Below, piece after piece: positions 55,951 through 64,000 of a stretch of 64,000 bases of DNA (its first letter is position 1; each line of letters opens with the position of its first letter). Position numbers and translations under genes: made by a program. Source of the DNA: Octopus vulgaris (lineage: Eukaryota). Under the pieces are notes generated by a model. That model was not told where the DNA came from, made no database searches, and saw nothing but the letters and a program-made list of their open reading frames with translations. Where the stretch lies: contig OX597818.1 in assembly GCA_951406725.2 (NCBI GenBank), positions 62,372,001 through 62,436,000 on the forward strand. Direction: 5' to 3'.

Positions 55951-56621
55951 AATACATATATATATAAATAATAAATGTATATATATATATACGTATACAT
56001 GAACACTTGCTTACATGTCTGTACACACATATTTGCGTGCATGTCCGTATGTGTGTGTATCTATGTACGTGTGTTTGTACGTGTGTTTGTACATGTGTGC
56101 GTTTGCGCGCGCGCGTGTAAGTTTGTGCCTATGCATATCAAAAAGCCACGGCCGTCCAAATGCGAAAGAGCGATCCAATCAAGAAAAACAGTGACTTTAA
56201 AACGCAGTAGATGAGGTGTGTCGTTTCACTACTAAAACCTCTTCATTATTATTCCATGCAATATGCGACAGCTAACATTGCTTGATCTCATTATGCTTGT
56301 ACAGCTCTGCTCTCTACAGCTTCGATTCATTTTATTAAGGGGGAAACCATTAGAATGGCATGTTTTCCTATGATTTTAACCAGAATTTTAGTACGGAGAC
56401 AGCAAGGCAAAATTGCATGGATTATAAAGTTGCCTTCAGTATGGACGTTGGTTTTATTGGTAGCATTTTGCATCTATGTCGCCAATAGAAGGAAGAAATA
56501 CTTCGGTCTGAAATAATTAATTTTACAATATAACCTCACACTACAGAGGAATAAAAGAATACACGAATGGATAGCTTCACTGTTGGAAGGAAAAAAAAAT
56601 GGCAAGGAAAGCTATCTATCC

Positions 56622-56705
<84 letters not shown>

Positions 56706-56924
56706 GTCTGTCTGTATGTCTCTCTGTCTGTGTATCTATCTACCTACCTACGTACATACCTATATATCTATCTAATTATGTCTGTCTATCTATGTATGTA
56801 TATATGTAAGTATGTATGTATGTATCTATCTACCTATGAATAAAAATATATATAAATATAGGTTTATGCATATGTACACCCCCCACATATATATGTACAT
56901 ACATATACTTATAGATACACACAC

Positions 56925-56975
<51 letters not shown>

Positions 56976-57728
56976 CAGTTATGCATTTATGCGTGCGTGC
57001 GTCTATGTGCATGAAAGTAGTTACACACGCACATAATGTATATGTAGGGAATACATACACACACACATATATGCAAACACACACACACATATATATATAC
57101 ATACATATATATACATGCATATAAATACTTGTGTATATATATATATATATACACGCGCACACACAAATCTATGAATAAAGATGAGAAATAGTGAAGTACT
57201 GGATGACAATAAAAATACAGATTGTGGAAACACATCAATGCATATATACATGTATGTATGCATGTATGTGCACATGTATGTGTCCGTGGCGATTCTTGGT
57301 AGCTGAGTCATACGGTGCTATTTGAAAAAAAATCGAAACCCATATAATTGAAGACGAAATACAGTCTCTATGTGTACCTTATTTTATGTCGTCTCTGATA
57401 AAAACGAGAGATTTATATTAAAACAGCCTTTGTGGTTTTGCAAGCATTTTTTATAGCTTTCATGGTTAGCTATAACTAGCATGTATACATGTGTATGCAC
57501 GTCTAACTGCATATATATATAAGTATATATATATATATATATGTGTGTGTATGTATAAAGTGTAAACAGAGTTAGCGGTTATGATAACCGACTAAGGGAT
57601 AAAATATCTGTATGTTCTATCGGTGTCCGTTACCCGTGTTAACCTCGGGCAATGGTGTGCGAGCACTCTATGCACGTTAGTGTAGGTAACAACAGGATAA
57701 ACAAGAGTTTCTAAGGAAACAAATATAA

Positions 57729-57900
57729 ATAATTAGAAAATGGAGAAAACCTCAGAGTAACAAACATCGATTGGACCACAGTTATTAACTTATTACGTCA
57801 CCTATTTTGCGATGCCATGCTTTGTATTAAAAATAAGCTATAAATGTGATCCAGTCGATGTGTTTGTTACTATGAGGTTTTCTCCGTTTCCTGATTATTT
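57729..57900. repeat. Imperfect ~56-bp inverted repeat
   Basis: GGAGAAAACCTCAGAGTAACAAACATCGATTGGACCACA versus TGTGATCCAGTCGATGTGTTTGTTACTATGAGGTTTTCTCC. Confidence 0.85.
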
Positions 57901-58251
57901 GTATATATATATTATATGTATTATAATCAAAATAAGCAACAAGGATATCCAAGGTAGTGTAGTACAATCGTTGCATGCTACTTCATTTTATTAAACAATG
58001 TAAGTATTACATCAGTTTTAAAATGTAGAGCAATCTTCAGCCACATATAGAATTTTTTTTAATTAAATAGACAATGTACATTTTTATACTTATTCCATTT
58101 GCCAACATTTCAAAGAGGGTAGATATATAGACAGAGAGGTTAATTTCATCATTAAGAACCCTAACCTTATTTGATTTATATGGATAATACCATACCAAAT
58201 TCTGGTGTCTTTAAATTAAGTACCATATTCATCTGAATCTAAATTTTGCTG

Positions 58252-58288
<37 letters not shown>

Positions 58289-58314
58289 ATACACACAAAC
58301 ATATATATATATAC

Positions 58315-58357
<43 letters not shown>

Positions 58358-58829
58358 TGTATGCATGTTTATATATATATTTATATATATATGTACATAC
58401 ATACATATAGATATCTATCTAACTATATATGGATGTATATGATGTATATACATACACGCATACACACACACATGTATATACATTCGTAGATATAAAAGCT
58501 GTAGTTTTAATCAGTTGTTGAGAATTCGTGCTAGAGGAATATATCTGAAAGTTCGGGTGTTTCTATCTTTATACAACTTTTGTTTTTCTCCCGCTTCGTT
58601 GGGCATTACAAATGCCTCCAGACAGCAGTTAGTTCGGCGTTATAGTGTGGCATGGTCTGCTGATGGACGGGGCATTCATGGAGATATTCTCTCCTCTCAA
58701 GAAAATCAAATGCACTCCACACCATAAGTAAAATCTTTTCACCTCTTATTCGTTATCTAATTTATACGAATGAATATGTGTATGTAAGCATGTATGTTCG
58801 TATATAAACATATATATATATATATATAT

Positions 58830-58871
58830 ACATACATATATAATATACATTCCATATTCTGTCTTTCATTA

Positions 58872-58911
<40 letters not shown>

Positions 58912-58995
58912 TATATACATATACGTATATATACATACATATATATATATATACATACATATATAATATACATTCCATATTCTGTCTTTCATTGG
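58830..58995 (+). repeat. Short direct duplication (~44 bp unique core, ~120 bp period)
   Basis: ACATACATATATAATATACATTCCATATTCTGTCTTTCATT(A/G)GC occurs twice. Confidence 0.85.
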
Positions 58996-59065
58996 CTCTC
59001 TCTCTCTCTATATATATATGTATATATGTGTGTGTGTGTGTATATATATATATGTGTGTATATAT

Positions 59066-59134
<69 letters not shown>

Positions 59135-60169
59135 AAAATGACTTGTTTTGTATGTATGTATGTATATACGTATGAGTGTGACTGGTTGTGTGTATATGTG
59201 CGTTTATATAATATATAGTAAAAAAATACACGTCTATACATTTATATATGAAAGTATATATTTATTTCTATATGTAAAGAGAGAGAGGTGAGAGAGAGAG
59301 AGAGAGAAAGTGAAACAAGAAGGAAGGAGAGGAGGGGAAGAAGAAAAGGGTGAAGAAAGAAAGGTGAGAAAGAGAGGAAGGCTCTCTTGGAGACGAGCAG
59401 AGGCCATTGACATAGCTCAGTCCGAACCATACCAAGACCAAACCAATGAAAATACACGCAAAACAGAATAAAAACAAGTAAAATATCAGTAAAAGAAAAG
59501 AAGAAAAGAAAGAAAAGGAACATAAATAAAGCGTGGTGGACGTCTGCCTGTGTATAATAATGCGCCAATATGAAAAAAGAAAAGAGAAAAATAAGGAAAA
59601 GAAACTTGAAAGGACACCATAAAGTGAGTCGGCTAAAAAGGAAATAGGAAATTGCTACTTGGCAAAGATGTAATGAGCGACAGTTGGTTTAAGACAGAAA
59701 GAGAGAATTAGAAGTAAGAACAGATGAATAATATTTCATCTTACGTGTTATTGTGTAAGTAATTGAATTGAGGATTTAGCTGGTGGTCTTGTCTAAATGC
59801 CTGGCAGAAAACTAACCAAAAACTAGTAAGCTACGGCTTGAATAAACTGGTCATTTTCCTGAGCACATAAACGCTGAAAACCACAACTCTCCGCTCATAT
59901 TGCTCTCTACGTTTCGCTGCATATCTAACGCTTCGATTTACTCTTATTTTCCATCTCTATCTATGTCTCTTAACCACACCCCACCTCTCTCTCTTTCCTA
60001 ATGTGTGTATGTCTCACTCTCTCGCTCTCTCAATGTTCTTCTCTTTCAATATCTCTCTCCGTCTCCATTTCTTTCTAGTTATTTTGTTTTTCTCGGTAAC
60101 TTATCTTTGTTTTAATTTACTATTTCTATTTTCTGTCTGATCTTTTGATTTCTCTCATTTTCTTTCATT

Positions 60170-60185
60170 ATTTCTTTCCTTCCTG

Positions 60186-60225
<40 letters not shown>

Positions 60226-60244
60226 ATTTCTTTCTTTCTCTTTT

Positions 60245-60294
<50 letters not shown>

Positions 60295-60300
60295 TTTCTT
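60170..60300. repeat. (TTTC)n microsatellite
   Basis: Directly visible. Confidence 0.9.
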
Positions 60301-60385
60301 TCAGCACACACATATATACATATACATAAATAATATAGGATGCACATAAACATACACACATATACTCGTTAGATATGCAATGATT

Positions 60386-60431
<46 letters not shown>

Positions 60432-61439
60432 TGTGTGTGTTATGTGTATATGTGTATACTCTCACACACACACATATACATACATAACTTTTCCCTGTGC
60501 AGGTGAAAGACTACTCAGAGACAATTGATGATTAATTTCATTGGTACTCCTCTCTTTTAAGTCACGCGTTTAATCAGCAGCATTTCAATTACGATTCCTT
60601 GAACTTATTACCGAGACTAGAGAGCAACGGTGCGAATCAATTGGTTGAGGCCCACTTGTTAGGCATTAATATTATTCAGTGTTTCCTACATATCAAAGGA
60701 TGACATTCGGATGTGTAAGTAACAAACCGGTGCACAACATGGACGAGACTCAAGGTGGATGAAATGCGTCTGTCGTTCCCGTGATCACTGCTGCAACGAC
60801 GTTCGTCTCACCCCAATGCATATTGTATATTAAGCAAAAGTCTATGAAGAGATTTTATCTCAGACAAAACCACAACATCTTGCTTTAAAATGGAGTATAT
60901 ACAGTCCCCATGGTACACAGGTAGCAATTAAATTTAATGCTGTTTCCATTGCATTCACAATCTTCTAATTATGAACAGATCAAACGTCTTAACATCGTAA
61001 TCGAACACCTTCACACAGACACATATGAGATGGATTGTCGTCGTGTTTCCTTTGGATGGATGGATTCCTGCTGACAAAGTTTTCTATAAGATTCCTCATA
61101 ATCTTCTTTAAGATTTGTTGTGTCAGATTTTGGGGTTGGTGTCAATTGAAATTCATCTTCCAGAAGTTTTATTTAATTTGACAGGTTTATTATTTTCGGA
61201 TCAGTTCAGTATTTTCTTGTCTCTTTGTATCCTTAGGGTTTTCTTTCGTTTCTGTTTTCAGCCTCTGCTCCCTAGAAAAAGGGTTTCTTGTCCTGCGAGC
61301 CATTGGTTGTCTGCCTTTCTGTTGTTCTATTTTGTTGGAAGGATGATATCAACGTCGTTGTACCATCTAACTTGGTATGTTTTTGTACTCTTAATAAATC
61401 TTCTTTGGTTTGATTTTGTGTATTCTTCCATTGTTCTTT

Positions 61440-62975
61440 CCAAACCATCTGATCTAAAATTACGCCCAATTATTGCAGGGCCTACATCTAGCGTCCACAG
61501 TCTAAGCACTCTCCCGGACATAATTTTGAAACCATTGTGCAAACTGGTCCCTCATTTCATCAAAGATGACGTGGTCTTTCTAATCCATGTTCTAGAAAAA
61601 ATAGAAACGAGAGATCCTGATTAGCTTTGACGTAACCATTCTCTACAGAAGTATCACCCCATGGAGTAGGATTAAAAACAGTAGGATTTCTGATAGGCAA
61701 ATATCTTCGAATAATTCAAGAGAAATTCCCTAAAGAATTAACACTTGAAGAATTACGATTGATACTAGAAAACAACCAGCTTTTCTTTGATAGCCAATAT
61801 TACCCACATATGCAGGACTCGACAACTGGTACAGAAGGAGCACCAGCATTTGCAGCACTAGTGCTGGTATTCCTGGAAGAACAATTCTATTCGTTGTTTG
61901 TAACTACTTTTGATAAACGTTTCCATGGGAAAGAGAAAAGGATTCTTGGATGACTGCTACATATTTTTCAATAAAAGTAAGGACATTTCAGGAATCCTTA
62001 AATTAACGAACATCCTCCATGGATCGATCTAGTTGGTTATGGGAATGAATGAAAAGAAAGACACTTTTCTGGATATCCTGATAATGAAAAACATAAGGCA
62101 GTTACAGTCGATCTCTACTGCAAGGACTCAGACACACACCGATATTTACAGTTTAGATATTTCAACCCATCTCACACTAAAAGGAACATCCCAATTAATT
62201 AGTGGAGTATATATGTTCGGTAATAGTTACAGGCACAAATATACCAGAGAAACGATTGTCAGAACACAATATGTTCCTTCAGAAATAAGAAAATGGCCAC
62301 AAAACGAGATAAATTATGCCATAACCAAAGCAACAGAAACCCTAAGATCTCCTTTTTGGAGAAACGTTAAGAATGAGTGTGAAAAGAGAAAGAAACGTAA
62401 TTATAAATATTCTATTTGTTGGCACTTATAATCCTAGAAACCAGAACATCTTACATTTGGTCAAACGATACCTTCCAATTCTACATCAATCATTGAAACC
62501 CCGACAAATAATTAAAGAATCACAAATTATCAACAGCCGAAGACAACCACTAAAATGTCAAAAGACTATTAACGAAGGTGACATTGACGCCAGAGAAAGA
62601 AATAATGAAGGAAAGAAACTGTGGAAAGCCTTATTGTTGCACGTGTAAAATAAGTGAACAAGGACCAAGAAAAATATTGTAGAAAGAAAACGAAGTAAAA
62701 GAGAATGAAAAGAAGAATTGCAAAAAATCTCATCAACTGCATCAGACGCCAGCGATGCAATGAGAATTACGTGGGAGAAACCCGATCAAAATTAATCAGA
62801 CGTTTGAGAATTCACAGACAACAAACCTAAAAATACATCTCTTAGAAATCCGCCTTGTAATGAACAACTAAATATTTATGCGAATGGACAACTGAAAATA
62901 GAAGAGAACGACCATCGACGAAAGGCAGGAAAAGAATATTTTATAAGAATTCTAAATCCAAAAGTAAATCAGAAA
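61440..62975 (+). mobile_element. Decayed Penelope-like element (RT + Cys linker + GIY-YIG), Neptune-like
   Basis: LRPIIAGP..ISFDVTILY..ILENNQLFFD..GAPAFAAL..RILDDC..FLDILI..HTKRNIP..YNPRN..SRRQP..CGKPYCCTC..CNENYVGET..RLRIHRQQ..KEYFI; many frameshifts and stops. Confidence 0.85.
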
Positions 62976-63232
62976 TATTCAACACAATTACTAGAAACAA
63001 ACAACTTCCGTTCTAAGTACTGGCCCAGGACACACGTTTTACAAAAGTTGAAGAACGAACGGGTTTGCACGCAATATAAACATTTATTCTAAAGGGTTCC
63101 TTTCATTCAGCTTTAGAAATTTCTTGAAAATTAATGATTTTTAAGAAAATATTTCTTTAAATATTGCGACTGCTTCAAGTAATTTTGCGAAAACTTTTAA
63201 GTATATGTATGTGCGCGTGCGCGTGCGTGTGC

Positions 63233-63265
<33 letters not shown>

Positions 63266-63372
63266 TGTATGTATATATGGAAACTACTGCCGGGCCCACT
63301 CTTCGGTTATGCGTTGCGGTTTACAGTGCCTTTTCTTGATGCATATATATATATGTATATATATATATCTAA

Positions 63373-63403
<31 letters not shown>

Positions 63404-63446
63404 ACTATCTATCTATCTATCTCTCTCTTTCTCTATATATATATAT

Positions 63447-63502
<56 letters not shown>

Positions 63503-63688
63503 GATCGCTAGCCACTAAACTTTTGTTTCTATTTTTTCTCCCTGTTTATTTCTGTGCTCCTTTCTGTCGGAGAGCGTAGGCACGAAACGTAAAAAACCTT
63601 TCTCACTTCCCGAGCGTTAAACTAATACAGCTGTTTATTGTTTACCCACCCGTCTTCGTCTTTCGTTGTTTTTTTTTGTAAATTCTCA

Positions 63689-63745
<57 letters not shown>

Positions 63746-64000
63746 CACATATATATGTCTATGTACATGCGCACGTTTATATGACCTTCCAATGTACTTT
63801 TTCTGAAACACGCGCATTCAAACAGTTCCAAATTATTCCCCAGAATATCCATATTTGAATTGTATATTTAACTGGAATTCTGCATCTACGTATTATTATA
63901 TAGTTTTGCAGTTTGTTTTATAATGGCAGCAAGATTTATAAAGTTGTATGTAGAAAATCAGAACTCGCTGGAGAATGTAAAAATGAAGGAAAATAATATA

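Noticed and set aside
58515-58727. 70-aa non-repetitive ORF
   Set aside because: No recognisable domain and no convincing splice context

Overview
This is eukaryotic, AT-rich, repeat-saturated DNA, most likely intronic or intergenic. The SINE set and microsatellite load resemble an Octopus (coleoid cephalopod) genome; that assignment is from recall, not a search. I found no convincing host protein-coding exon, rRNA, true tRNA or CRISPR array, and almost all ORF-track entries are microsatellite artefacts. The window holds (i) three abundant tRNA-derived SINE families, (ii) decayed LINE pieces (RTE, CR1, and many R4/Dong-type RLE elements, most of them in or next to (TAA)n runs), (iii) Penelope-like elements (PLE; RT + GIY-YIG), (iv) Helitron pieces, and (v) a ~557-bp non-coding element found mostly at (TAA)n runs. 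The most notable signal is a set of minimal type I hammerhead ribozyme (HHR) motifs with self-complementary (dimer-type) stem III. There are five well-formed copies from three unrelated families, each in a small ORF-less element with inverted duplications. One of them (53071-53852) reconstructs as a circularly permuted ~480-nt monomer, suggesting a retrozyme-like RNA mobilised by PLEs. Coordinates were counted by hand and element ends are approximate.
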